The translations under genes were made by a program, and so were the position numbers. Below the pieces are notes generated by a model. That model was not told the origin of the DNA. It did not search any database and saw only the letters and a list, made by a program, of their open reading frames with translations. This document shows positions 27,831-41,299 of a stretch of DNA of 64,000 nt, piece after piece. The stretch is from the NCBI GenBank assembly GCA_964016885.1, contig OZ024741.1:156178001-156242000 (forward strand). The letters run 5' to 3'. Positions within the stretch are counted from its first letter, which is position 1. Each line of letters opens with the position of its first letter. This stretch comes from Eledone cirrhosa. Taxonomy: Eukaryota.

Positions 27831-28164
27831 ATTATATCTCATAATATAGCTAAATAAATTTAAATTCTGGAATCATATTCCACCATTCCCGCAAATTGTT
27901 AATTCGTTTTAAATTAACGTAAATACAAGCTCGGCTTTCTTTTTTTTCTTCTTCTTCCTACTCAAACATAAATCCTAATTATTTAATTTCTGCATAGCGT
28001 CTAAAATAACGTTTTTTTTAGCCCTATACCTCAACATCATTTGCATACTCATCTTAATAATTTGAAATATCTGACTTTTCTTCTCTTATCCCTTCACTAT
28101 CCAAGAAACACTTGAACCGTTAAGGTATCTTTTCTTGGTTATGTCAAAATTTATAAAACAAACT

Positions 28165-28262
28165 TTGTATTTTATCTGATGAAAGCCTACCAAAGTTTTG
28201 GTACTCTTGAAATATATATAACAGAATGAATATAGATTTATAAATATAGTTTCCATTTATTA
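28165..28262 (+). ncRNA. HHR motif in a PLE pseudo-LTR fragment (same family as 25176)
   Basis: CTGATGA at 28176, GAAA at 28209. Downstream sequence matches 25240-25280. Confidence 0.6.
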
Positions 28263-28335
28263 AATTACATTGAATATATATATGAGTGTACGTGTGTGTG
28301 CGCGCGCACCTGTATTCGTGTGCGTGTATATATAC

Positions 28336-28432
<97 letters not shown>

Positions 28433-28567
28433 AGAAAGTATGGCCCCGACGGCAGAACTCAATCCGTCTCGACGGCTATTTCTGGACCTATTACCCACTC
28501 TACTACCCTAAGTATTGAGTACTCTGGTGCGTTATGGTCCATCTTGTTCCTTACCACATCTCCTTCG

Positions 28568-28659
<92 letters not shown>

Positions 28660-29462
28660 ATATATTGATGTCCCTAAGTTATGTTGTCTTTCGCTCTACC
28701 GATTTTTATTGATCCACGATATCTTAAACTCTTCAATCCCATTGTAAACATATACGATATAGTTATGTTTGCAATTTTCATACTAAATATCCCTATTGAA
28801 AAGAAAAAGAAACTATATCAGATATAAATGACACCCAGGTGCTTTTTTAGGGTATTTCTATTACCAGAGCTAAGGGTTATTTCGAGTTTAAAATATTTTC
28901 TTTTTGTCCTCTTATAAGAAGATACGTAGCTCTATGTTGCTTAAGAGCAATTTATTACTTTCTTTGGGAATCTATTCTTTAACAAATAACTCCCTTTATA
29001 TGGTAAAACATCTTTCCTGCTGATGTATCTTACATTATCTAGAAGTAACTAGAAACCGATTATTGCTAGGGATTGTTATCGCTAAGCTATTAAAACTTTA
29101 CTATTTTCTCTTTCCCAAATATCCTATTACATCTCTTGAGTTATATTACAATATATATACTATGTATCCAAACAAATAAAAAAACACGCACATATATATA
29201 AACACACACGGACATGCATATTATATTTCCACTGCTAAAATCATGACTATATATAACTTGTAAATGTAGCTCGATCGCCTTAAATGTTTTATATATTTTT
29301 ACACACCCACATATTTTTCACTCTTCACTAACAATAAATAAAGCTAGATACGAACCATACGTCATGAAGATATATATATATCTTCATGACCACGTATTTG
29401 TTACTACGTAATCTTATTTATTGTTAGTGAAGAGTGATAAATATGCTTATATTACATTAAAT

Positions 29463-29496
<34 letters not shown>

Positions 29497-29508
29497 ATGT
29501 GTGAGTGG

Positions 29509-29581
<73 letters not shown>

Positions 29582-29585
29582 AATA

Positions 29586-30031
29586 TATTGGTAAACAGAA
29601 TAGAAAATGCTGACAAATTGTTCACAGTTGAAAAATGGTTTAATTAGGAATAAAAGAGTATTAGTGATTGTATGGGTTAGTATTCAGTTGTGGTTTTAAG
29701 TTTTTAAGTTTTTACCGGTTGCGCATTTCTAAATGCTTTTCAAAAATAATTTTGAGATAGAGTGTCCGTGCTGTTTGCTCTGATCTGATTAGTTTTGGGA
29801 ATTCTACCTGTTTTTATGTGAAAAAAGTGGCTCCAGCGTTACTTTGGTGTTGCAAAATTTCTTGTGGTCAAAACAATTTTGATTGGTCGGTAGAGGTCAT
29901 GTGAGTGTAAAAAATTGATTTTGCGCCAAGACTGTTTTTATGTTAAAAAAGTGGCTCCAGCAACAATTCTTGTGGTCAAAACAATTTTGATTGGTCGGTA
30001 GAGGTCATGTGAATAAAAAATTGGTTTTGCA

Positions 30032-30065
<34 letters not shown>

Positions 30066-30545
30066 TATTTGTTGTGAAAGAGTCATTTCTCAATCTTGGC
30101 GCAAAACCAATTTTTTATTCACATGACCTCTACCGACCAATCAAAATTGTTTTGACCACAAGAATTGTTGCTGGAGCCACTTTTTTAACATAAAAACAGA
30201 CTTGGCGCAAAATCAATTTTTTACACTCACATGACCTCTACCGACCAATCAAAATTGATTGACCACAAGAAATTTTGCAACACCAAAGTAACGCTGGAGC
30301 CACTTTTTTAACATAAAAACAGGTAGAATTCCCAAAACTAATCAGATCAGAGTAAACAGCACGGACACTGTATCTCAAAATTATTTTTGAAAAGCATTTA
30401 GAAATGCGCAACCGGTAAAAACTTAAAAACTTAAAACCACAACTGAATACTAACCCATACAATCACTAATACTCTTTTATTCCTAATTAAACCATTTTTC
30501 AACTGTGAACAATTTGTCAGCATTTTCTATTCCGTTTACCAATAT
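29586..30545. repeat. Long inverted repeat (arms about 445 bp, spacer about 70 bp) in (TA)n
   Basis: 29586-30030 is the reverse complement of 30101-30545 with few differences. Internal tandem duplication of about 120 bp. Decayed HHR-like ttgaaaa-gcatt..aatgc-gcaa-ccggta. Confidence 0.92.
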
Positions 30546-30583
30546 ATAATAACTTGTGTGTTACACCTCTATTCTTTTAACAA

Positions 30584-30672
<89 letters not shown>

Positions 30673-30758
30673 GTAATAATAATAAATGTGAAAGTAAAGG
30701 AACGATTCTTTGCTTAAACTTTAATCTCTTATTTTAACATATATACATATATATATAT

Positions 30759-30902
30759 AGGAAAAGAGTCAGGACCCGCAGGTTGAACTCCGGCCGTTTC
30801 GACAACTAGATCCGAACTAAACCAGTAGTATATTACTGATTCAGTTCGGAGCTAGCTGTCGAATCGACCGGAGCTCAGCGGTCGGGGTCCTGACTCTTTT
30901 CC
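30759..30902. repeat. GC-rich imperfect hairpin of about 140 nt
   Basis: ggaaaagagtcaggaccc...gggtcctgactcttttcc. Related half-copies at 28431-28490 (+) and 25470-25520 (-). Confidence 0.85.
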
Positions 30903-30979
30903 AATTACCCACTCTACTACCCTAAGTATCGAGTACTCTGGTGTGTTATGCTCCACCTAGTTCCTTACCACACTTTCTT

Positions 30980-31032
<53 letters not shown>

Positions 31033-31039
31033 CGTAGTA

Positions 31040-32830
31040 ACACAACAGTTAGTTCACCATACCGAGAACAACTGTTTCACCTTGCGGATCCTCAGCTTGG
31101 ACTGAGAATGGTTGTACGGAACAGGAAAAGCAGAAACAACCGTATGAATACGCATGCTCAGAAACGTTCACTTCCCCCAGGCGATAAGAATCCTTCGGTC
31201 GAAATGTGTAGGGGAGATAACAGCGAATGTCCGGAATAAATTTTTCGAGTTGATTACAATATTAGAATGTTGATGTAATTCAATCCGGTGCTCTGTAGTA
31301 ATTCAAGAGGTGTTTCCAGACGTATGGACAACGTGAGAAAAGCTCATTTCTTTATGTTAGACAATCGCTATTGCGTTATCTTCTCAGAATATTGATCTTT
31401 TCTTCAATGCACAGTCCACAAGACGGATTACCCCTTCCGTATGGCTTGGACTTATTGATAGCTTTCCATTGGATGGAGTGATAGCTTTCCATCAGACTTT
31501 CGGCAAGAGCATCCTGGTGGGGCGCCGCTCTTAGGGCTGTTGGTGATGTGGGCCCTCATATTCTTAGCGCAGGAATATGCTAGTTTTACCCTGTGTCTGT
31601 TAAAGATGGAGCAGTATTGGCGACCTATGGGAAAGTGTCTATCTAAGAGAGCTAAAAATGTTTTTCCCACATTAGTTTTAACGTTGAGTGAGAAAGGGGT
31701 GGGAGAGAAGCAGATAGTGTTTCTATTGGCACGATTATTTATCTTATTGCAGTTGGTGTTAGCGGGGGAGTAACTAATTGGTTGCGAGAAGCCGCTGTTA
31801 GCTAACGCCGCGTTGTAGTAGGAGGCCGCTCTGTCAAATATTCCTTTATTAGGAGAGGTTAGAGATTCTAGTACTGATATTATTCACGAAGTTTGTAAAA
31901 ACAGTAGGAGGGTGGCATGAGTCCTTGTATATGTAATTAAGTTTTTCGTTTAGTTTATGGAAAGGGTCTGAATGTATGTGTGTGAAGGTCTAAATTTATG
32001 TCTAAGTAATCTACGCTAGAGAGGTTGGTAGCTACCGTTATCCTAAGTCCTAACTCATTAAATGTGGAAATTAAAATCTTTTTTAAACTGTTCCAGTTGA
32101 ATTGCGTGTACTTTGTTGGAATTGAAGGAGTTGAACTACTTAATAACGGAGTCGCTGTTCTCCCACTGTGACACGTTTGACTTGGTCCTAATGGTCTTGA
32201 CTATGTTCCTAAGTATCGCCTTACTGACTAGTCCCATGTCTGTGAGTGTCGGATTTAGTAGTCTACACGTGGGACTAGAAGTAAAGTCTACCTTGTGATC
32301 CTTCAGGGTGAGAAATTCTTCACGTTTAGCTAAGTATTGTAGTTTCTTATCTACCTTAAGGGCGGCAGCAAGGTCTTTGGCTTCTGTATTGATGGCGTGG
32401 TAGGCCGTAGGGGTAGACTTCTTATATTTAGAGGTTTTGGCGTTACGTGCCAAGTGGCTGTAAGCAGTGTTGTCGACTTCGTAAATATTATTGGTTTTAT
32501 CAGAAAGAACGAAAGTGTTATTGGAAGACCTACATTTCTAAGTTTATTTTGGAGGGTGCTAGAGTGTTTGCAAAAGGAAATGTTAGCGACTAAGTCAAGA
32601 AGGTCCGCTTAGAAAGGAACGAGTTCAGTTACCTTAGGAGGGTAGGCTCTTGATTTCAAATTGAAAGTGTTATTGGTGCCTGTAATTTTACCGTCAAAAG
32701 CTAGGGCTCACCATCTTAAGCGTTTGACGACATCATCCGCTTTTTGTAGGAGAAGCTTTAAGTAAACATAGTTGGAGGGGTGGGAATATTCTTCAAATAG
32801 TAATCCAGCTCGTACAAATCCATGCTGACG
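31040..32830 (-). mobile_element. Second Hydra-type PLE, decayed, RT core deleted
   Basis: N-terminal LKNIPTP..VKRLRW, LTLKDHK..CRLLNP, VDYLDINLDL, FNRHRVKLAYSC, CSCRK and CGLCIEEK. The DD-bearing RT core is missing near 32.1 kb. Confidence 0.85.
31062..31100 (-). ncRNA. Minimal type I hammerhead motif in PLE 3' region
   Basis: ccaag CUGAGGA u-cc-gcaa-gg-u GAAA caguug UU cucgg. Confidence 0.7.
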
Positions 32831-32862
32831 TTGGTGAGACACAAAGTTGTGTAAGACATATA

Positions 32863-32936
<74 letters not shown>

Positions 32937-33269
32937 AGAGGTTGTGGAATAATTATGGAGACTAAGAGATTGATATTCAATACTCCTTTTATTAATAATT
33001 GTAACGTGTTTCGTTTCGCTCTCTCTCTCTCTCTCACCGTCTCTCTCTAAATATATATTTGCATGTGTGTGTGCGTTTGTGTATTAGTGTGTGTGTGTGT
33101 ATGTGTGTGAGTGGAGAGAGATAAAGAAAGAGAGAGAGAGAAAAGCTGTTCACAAAAAATAAAAACTATTTGGACAAATAAACAAAATCATACATTTTCC
33201 TTTTTAGTCACTCACGGGACAATTCAATTTCTTTTATAAGGAGAGGATTGCATAACGTTGTATGTATGT

Positions 33270-34508
33270 ACAGAGAAATAGACCCTATTTTCACTGATAA
33301 AAAAGAATATCACAGGGGTATATTTCAAGGAGACAGTCTCTTTCTCTCTCTGCCACTATTTATTCTGTCATTAAACCCCTTGTCATTTCTGCTCAAGAAA
33401 TGTGAAGGATACTTAATTGGCTCACAGGAGGACAGGAATGCAAACCTAACATAATTCCTTTTGTGGATGTCCTGAAACTCTGTCAAGAACTTTAATGGGA
33501 TGATGAAGAACCTGGTTACGACGTTCTCGAAAGATATAGGAATGGAGTTTATCCAGGATAATGTTATTATACGATTGCAAAACAAAGAAAAACTACATGC
33601 CAATCTAGCAATATCTTTATCAATCGACTGACTGTTTCAACGGTATCTGACGAGGACTGCAACAGATACATATGGATAGATCAAAATATATCCCATGATG
33701 GAATTTGTTCAAGGAACCCGTGACAAGGGAATATAACACCCGAATAAGAAAAGTATGTGTTTCTTGTGCATGTGTTGACACGAACATTTGGACTACTTGA
33801 CTGGATGCTACCCAGTTCATTACTTTATTTTATCGACCCCGTAAGGATGAAAGGCAAAGTTAACCTCGGCGGGATTTGAACTCAAAATGACAAGGGTCGT
33901 AACTCTATGCGTCAAAGCATGGCGTCCGACCCTCTACTGATACTGCCAATCCAGCGCCTTTAAAACCTTTATATAATAAAAACATAACAGATCAAACATG
34001 ATGATATGGGACAGAGAAGAGAAGACATGCACATTACTGGAAAACAGACGCCCAGCAGATGTCAATATAATGCAAAATATTGACATATACTAATGAGGAA
34101 TCTGTAGATACTCTACTGTGACTGTAGCTGTGACCATTGTGGTTCTGGGATATAATACTAAGAACCTCAGTGCAAATCTCGTGACCCTGGACTTCACAGA
34201 ACCAGAATGGACACTTTTAGTTAGGAAGTTGCAAGTAGATTCCTTTAATAGAACTGGAAAATTATGTAAAACATTTCAGAAACACAGCATGTAACAACTG
34301 CATATACACATGTATATACACAAAAGCATATGTACATATACACATTTAACTCAAAACATAGATATCTACACATGCACACACATACACATACAGACATACA
34401 TCCATGTTTAACAAGTTGACGTAAAAATTCTGGTGAGATAGCTTGTTTCTATGTCAGAATCCGACTCTGTCTCTACTGGTGAAAATTTATAAAATAATAA
34501 AACCAGAA
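33270..34508 (+). mobile_element. R4/Dong-type family D, older deleted copy
   Basis: RGIFQGDSL..LSLNPLSFLL plus a 3' end and UTR homologous to 34800-36763. Interrupted by a SINE; ends in (TACA)n. Confidence 0.85.
33790..33960 (-). mobile_element. tRNA-type SINE
   Basis: B-box-like gagttcaaatccc on the minus strand plus the conserved body gcctttcatccttacggggtcgataaa. Several copies in the window. Confidence 0.8.
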
Positions 34509-34552
34509 CATGCATGCATACATTCATACATACATAATACATACATACATAT

Positions 34553-36763
34553 ATGAGTTTGAAAGGGGTTTGGGGATGTGCTGAACAAATCCTAATCAAC
34601 AAAACTGCGATGTCGGAGGTGCGACAACTTAGGAGGAATATGGCTACAGTCTGGCTGGACTACAGGAAAGCTTTCGATTCTGTTCCCCACTCTTGGATGA
34701 TAGAGGCCCTCCAACTTGCTAAAGTCCCAGACATTATTGTCAGAGCCATAGAGAGGCTGTCGTCTTCTTGGACCACTATCCTAAAGTTAAAGACAACGAG
34801 GGAGGACTCTATTTTCACTGATAAAATAAAATATCGCAGGGGTATATTTCAGGGGGACAGTCTCTCTGTGATATTATTCATCCTGTCATTAAACCCCTTG
34901 TCCTTTCTGTTCAAGAAAGGTGAGGGATACATCATTGGCTCACAGGAGAACAGAAATACGAACCTAACCCATAATTTCTTTGTGGACAATCTGAAACTCT
35001 ATGCCAAGAACATGAATCGGATGAAGAAAAATCTTGACCTGGTTACAACGTTCTCAAAGGATATAGGAATGGAGTTTGGCCAAGATAAATGCTCATATAT
35101 AAACTGTAAAGCGGGGAAAACAACAACCCAATCTAGCAACATTGTCATCAATGGCCTAACTGTTTCACCGATATCTGATGAGGACTGCTACAGATACCTT
35201 GGGTTAGATGAGAAGATATCCTATAATGGCATCTGTTATAAGGAACGCGTAACCAGGGAATACTACACCCGATTAAGAATGATTTGGTCATCGGAACTCT
35301 CTGCGCAAAACAAAACAGTGGCTCACAATGTGTTTGCTGTGCCTGTCCTAACACCAACGTTTGGAATACTCAATTGGACGATAGACGAAATCAGAGCAGT
35401 TGATGTTGGAACTCGAAAGATACTAAACAACACCGGAAACTTCCACATCAACAGTGACATAGACCGCCTTTACTTGAAACCTAAGTAGGGAGGAAGAGGC
35501 CTAACATCAGTCTAGACAGCATTTGAATGTCGCATCATATCTCTCCGACAACATCTACAAACCTCGAAGCGTAGGAGCCCGTCTCTCGAGCAAGTCTATC
35601 TGCATGAAGCAGATAAGATCATGAGAGTTGGGAAGGAACTCTTCGAGAGGTATTCCCTGTGTGATAATCAAAAACTCACACCCAGGGAAGTCGCTGAGCA
35701 GTATCGCAGTGAATCCATGGATGAAAAACTGCATGCTTATCAGCAAAGGATCATGCATAGATATGTTGCCAGGAAGAGTGAGAGCAATATAGATAAGGAA
35801 AGTAGTCTATATTGGACCAACAACCGCTATATTGGCTCCCACTTTGAAGGATACGCTTTTGCAATCCAAGAACATGAGATTAACACGAAATACCTGATTC
35901 ACAAAAGAGATAGGGATGCAGACAAAACACCTAGATGTGATAACAAGTGCAGACTCTGCAGAACTAACATCGAGGATATCACCCATGTCATCAGCAGCTG
36001 TCCAAAGATGTCATCGCGGTACTATTTACCTATGAGGCATGATGTAGTGGCGAAAACACTGTACAATGCAGTTCGTAAAAAGATAGCCCCGATAATAAAC
36101 ACATTAAAAGCTACAGCAATGTGGAAGACATCCATGTACATAATCTGAAAGAGTACTGGTGGAATGTTACAGTAAAAACCCCAATAAAATGCAGGCATAA
36201 CAGACTAGATATTATGATATTGGACAGGGAGAAGAAAGCATACACAGTAGTGGAAATTAGTTGCCCAGCAGATGCCATTATAATATCAAAGATTGGCGAA
36301 AAGGAGAATATTTATGCAGAACTGATGAGAAATCTGCAGATACTCCACCCTGATAACACCTTCAGATTTATGTCTGTTATTATTGGGGCACTGGGGTATG
36401 TTAGTAACTGCCTCAATACAAATCTTGAGAAGCTAGGCTTCACAGCAACAGAAAGAACACAACTAGTTAGGAAATTACAAGTACAATCCATTAATGGAAC
36501 AGTAAAAATTTGTAAAACATTCCAAAACTGTTGCATCTAATAACTGCATATACACATGTACAGATACAAAGCATATGCACATGTACACATACAACTCAAA
36601 ATATCCACATCCACACATACAATAACATCCATATCTACACATGCATGCATATATACATATCTACCTAGTTGATGTGTAAATTCCAATGAGAGAGTCTTGT
36701 GTCTGTTAGAAACCGACTCTCTTTTTATTGGGGAAACATTTGTGAAATTATAAAACAAGAAGA
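34553..36763 (+). mobile_element. R4/Dong-type RLE LINE family D, 5'-truncated, in (TACA)n
   Basis: RT WLDYRKAFDSVPH, GIFQGDSLS and FFVDN (decayed DD); CRLC..EDITHVISSC; RLE VVEISCP. tacatacatac on both sides. Confidence 0.93.
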
Positions 36764-37565
36764 ACATACATACATACATACATACCATTTCATTACATAT
36801 ACGTTCATCTGGAGACATTGTGTATGTGATATGTGTTTTGTGAATTACTTAGCATTCTGCTTATTTAGTTAGGTGTGACAACATTTAGAATTTTGGAGGT
36901 GGAACGTACAAGGAACAGAGAAGCGACAGCTTAAAGCAGCAATGAAGGAAGGAGTGAATCGGGGAAGGAAGGAAGAGACTTTGCAATCGTTATCCAAACA
37001 TCTTAGTTAAATAAATTTCGCAGGAGTATTGTAAGAAAATGAAATGACGAGGAAATAAAAGAAAATCGTCAATTTGATCAACATACCACCTCAACAATGA
37101 TCAAATCAAATTATCTTATATCTGAGTAAAGATCGCTCTCAACACTAAGCATGTTGCGCCATTTCGTTTAAAATTTTTTTTTTTTAATTTCGTTTTAGAT
37201 TATTCTTTACTCTATGGTTTCCGTCAATATAAACATAAATCTCTCCATTTAACCTACATCCTTCACTGTGTTTTGGTTGTTAGTGTTGTTGCTGCTGCTG
37301 TTGCTATTGTTGTTAACTCCGATGTGAAATGCACCAATTGTTTAAATAACGGAAAAATTTGCTCGAAAAATTAAAATGGGCAACTGGCTGGGTGTTACAT
37401 AGATACATGCAACCTTAAGTTACTTTTGTCAGGTGACTGGACTGGAGCAACATGAAATAATATATCTTGCTCGAAGACACGACGTTGCTAGGAATCAAAC
37501 TCACAACACTATGGACGCGTCTTCCAACACGCGCGCACACCTTTATATATTTATGTATATATATA

Positions 37566-37589
<24 letters not shown>

Positions 37590-37598
<9 letters not shown>

Positions 37599-39062
37599 CT
37601 ACCAAAAGTTTACGGTAGTGTCCAATCCGTATGAAGAACTCAATGTAATCCGGATATCATGAAAAGAGAAGATGCATTCAAAAACTACTTTCGGTGAAAA
37701 ATAAACGGAAAACAGAGTCAAGATAAATTAATAAAATAATGAATACACAAAGAAACAGTTCCTTATATTAAAAAAATTCATCATTTTACGATCGTTTCTA
37801 GGATATATATGTGTTAGAGTTGGTATGCATATTCTATAGATCTATGTACAATATTTATACAAACTCTCAGAGGGAATATACATACCTACACATATATATG
37901 CTGTCTTCAGAAATAATGATATTTGTTTATTGAAAAAAACAAAGATTCAATACAATAGGTCTGTTTGGGAACAGGTTTTGAATTGACCAATAGAGAGATA
38001 GTGAGGGTCAGGATAGTAATATAGTAGTAGAATAACCTTAAATTATGGGTAGAGGAAGGTAGAATTCAGTTTTGGATGGAAAAGAATATTATGAATGAAG
38101 GATTATTTTAGGGAAGAAATAGGTCTTATGCTGACCTCAGAAATAATTTTATTTTTTCATTTTTTCATTGAATAAAACCAACAAAGATCTAATATATTCT
38201 GTCTGTTTGGTAAGAGGTTTAGAATTAACCAATAGAAAGTTAATAATTGGCCAAATGGTAAAATAGTAGTAATTGAAGCTTATTTTAGGGGTGAAAATAT
38301 GTCAGGTGGTCAGTAAAAGGTATACAAGCAGTTGCTGTTATAAAATAGTAATGCCAATACAGGTCAGGTGGTCAGTAAAAGGTATACAAGCAGTTGCTGT
38401 TATAAAATAGTAATGCCAATACAATGTATTGGCATTACTGTTTTATAACAGCAACTGCTTGTATACCTTTTACTGACCACCTGACATATTTTCACCCCTA
38501 AAATAAGCTTCAATTACTACTATTTTACCATTTGGCCAATTATTAACTTTCTATTGGTTAATTCTAAACCTCTTACCAAACAGACAGAATATATTAGATC
38601 TTTGTTGGTTTTATTCAATGAAAAAATGAAAAAATAAAATTATTTCTGAGGTCAGCATAAGACCTATTTCTTCCCTAAAATAATCCTTCATTCATAATAT
38701 TCTTTTCCATCCAAAACTGAATTCTACCTTCCTCTACCCATAATTTAAGGTTATTCTACTACTATATTACTATCCTGACCCTCACTATCTCTCTATTGGT
38801 CAATTCAAAACCTGTTCCCAAACAGACCTATTGTATTGAATCTTTGTTTTTTTCAATAAACAAATATCATTATTTCTGAAGACAGCATATATATGTGTAG
38901 GTATGTATATTCCCTCTGAGAGTTTGTATAAATATTGTACATAGATCTATAGAATATGCATACCAACTCTAACACATATATATCCTAGAAACGATCGTAA
39001 AATGATGAATTTTTTTAATATAAGGAACTGTTTCTTTGTTTATTCATTATTTTATTAATTTA
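37590..39062. repeat. PLE-derived fold-back element: near-perfect palindrome (arms about 640 bp) with a one-sided tail
   Basis: 37724-38423 is inverted at 38425-39062 around gccaataca-a-tgtattggc. A 60-bp duplication is present in the left arm only. Unpaired tail at 37590-37723; (TA)n flanks. Confidence 0.93.
38865..39008 (+). ncRNA. Hammerhead motif with a 105-nt stem II (mirror copy at 37779-37921, minus strand)
   Basis: ucauuauuu CUGAAGA (38876), 105-nt hairpin, GAAA (38988) cgaucg UA aaaugauga. Confidence 0.65.
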
Positions 39063-39071
39063 TATATATAT

Positions 39072-39111
<40 letters not shown>

Positions 39112-39175
39112 TGTTTGTGTGTGTATACGGTGATAGCTTGCTAGTTAAATAGGTAGATCGATATATTTGTGTGTG

Positions 39176-39241
<66 letters not shown>

Positions 39242-40635
39242 GCGCGCGCGCGTGTGTGCGTGTGTGTGTGTATGCGTTTGTGTGTGAGTGTGAGTAGATG
39301 TCTGTGTGCATGTGTGTGTATGTATGTGTGCGTTTGTGAATGAAAGAGAAAACACTCTTGTCAGAGAACGCTAAACTATGGTAGGAATGAAAACATCTTA
39401 GAACATCCATCGCTTTTGTATTACATTTTTCAATGAATTCTAATTCAAAGTTTTATAAAGCTTTGGAGAATCCTTAGCAATTTTGTTATAGGAGAATCAA
39501 AAGGCTGACGAGTTATGATATTCATTAATCCTTCCTTGTGCACGTCACTTAATGACACATAACTAATGGCAACAATATAAACATGTAGCTGGAGGTAGAC
39601 CGATATATTATGTGTGTGTTTATGTGTATGTGTGGGTGTGCATATGAAGTAATATCTTATAGTATTCATTAAAATCCTTTGACCCTAGATTTGTGCTAGG
39701 ACTTTTGATATTTTCTAAATACGAACTTAAAAATGAGGCTTTACTAAAATATTGGTATATATTTCCATAATCTAGATTACTTAAAAAACAATGTTTGAAA
39801 ATCCTAGGCAGCATATTTTCATTACAAAACTGATTAAAAAAATAGTTAAAAGAAAAATTAGATAAGAGATAATTTGGCCTTCTGGTAAAATTCAAACTAA
39901 AACACATTGTATATCAGAAATAGGGTTTGTGCTACAATCATCAATTAGTATTCTATGCCTGAATTAAATACTAAAACAAGAGATAAGAACAAAAACAAAA
40001 AAAAAACTGAAATACTTCAGGCGAAATAACTTTTCAATTAGCTTCAAAAGCGTAGGAGTATCGATCAGCAAGTTTAACTGTTAATTAAATATTTATTAGT
40101 TTTCTATCCAACATATTTCTCATACTGCATTAACATTCGTTTGTATATTAATCTATCTACCTATCTTTCTACTAATCTCTCTCTTTCTTTCTCTCTCTCA
40201 CCCTCTCTCCCTCTCTCTCCATATATATATATATAATATATACAAGTTTGTATGTATATATATATATATATATGTATATATATTGTGGAGCAAGAGTCTC
40301 CTAGTCTTCATTAAGACATCTCTCTAGGAGAAGAGGGTCACTCTGATATAAATCATATAAAACATGCGACTTTGTGTGACTTTATTTGCATCTAATGATA
40401 TAGACCAGCTCCTCTTTTTGAGAAAATGCATTCGGTGTTCAGAAAGTGGGATTGGCTCCGTGCAAAAAATATTTCCTCACTTAAAAAAGCTTCAAGCACA
40501 GGTATCGCTTTAGCAGAACTAAAAAGCCACGTCCTTGATGCTCATGCTTAAGTATCAAGCGATGGCATTACTCGAAATTACAGCTATCATATATATATGG
40601 CACAAAGTCTGCATCTGCCGGCCCTGCTTATTCAC

Positions 40636-40692
<57 letters not shown>

Positions 40693-40699
<7 letters not shown>

Positions 40700-41277
40700 A
40701 TACTTTGGGAGGGTCATGTTGCCAATAAGAAACACACGCACCAGTTGCTTTCACTTCAATTTATTATAATAAATTTATAATAAATTTATAAATTTATGAA
40801 TTTCTGGTTGGTTGGTTGGTTCCACAACCAGATAGTTGTTTATATATAGTCATAGTTCTTTCGTCACACACTCTGTGACCTCTTCAGTGACTGGGGATTC
40901 CTTTCTTTGTTTCTGTGCCTCTCCTTTGTTCTGTCCTACGCCATTTTTTCTACACACAGAAACAAAATGGCGTAGGACAGAACAAAGGAGAGGCACAGAA
41001 ACAAAGAAAGGAATCCCCAGTCACTGAAGAGGTCACAGAGTGTGTGACGAAAGAACTATGACTATATATAAACAACTATCTGGTTGTGGAACCAACCAAC
41101 CAACCAGAAATTTATAAATTTATAAATTTATTATAAATTTATTATAATAAATTGAAGTGAAAGAAACTGGTGCGTGTGTTTCTTATTGGCAACATGACCC
41201 TCCCAAAGTATAACAATATCGGTTTCAACACACGATTTCAGATAAAGAATCTTGCTAAACAAATTCAGAAACGAAAT
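40693..41277. repeat. PLE pseudo-LTR fold-back palindrome (arms about 255 bp) with tail
   Basis: 40693-40948 is inverted at 40965-41218; unpaired tail to 41277. Homologous to 20870-21125. (TA)n flanks. Confidence 0.92.
41018..41063 (+). ncRNA. Minimal hammerhead motif (mirror at about 40848-40892)
   Basis: aguca CUGAAGA g-gucaca-gagug-ugugac GAAA gaac UA ugacu. Confidence 0.6.
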
Positions 41278-41299
41278 ATATATATATATATATAGTAAT

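Noticed and set aside
29586-39062. A>G hyper-editing in the two large palindromes
   Set aside because: In the stretches compared, the arms are nearly identical with a few mixed substitutions.
39445-39907. Possible host exon or PLE N-terminus
   Set aside because: Short AT-rich ORFs with no convincing motif or splice context.
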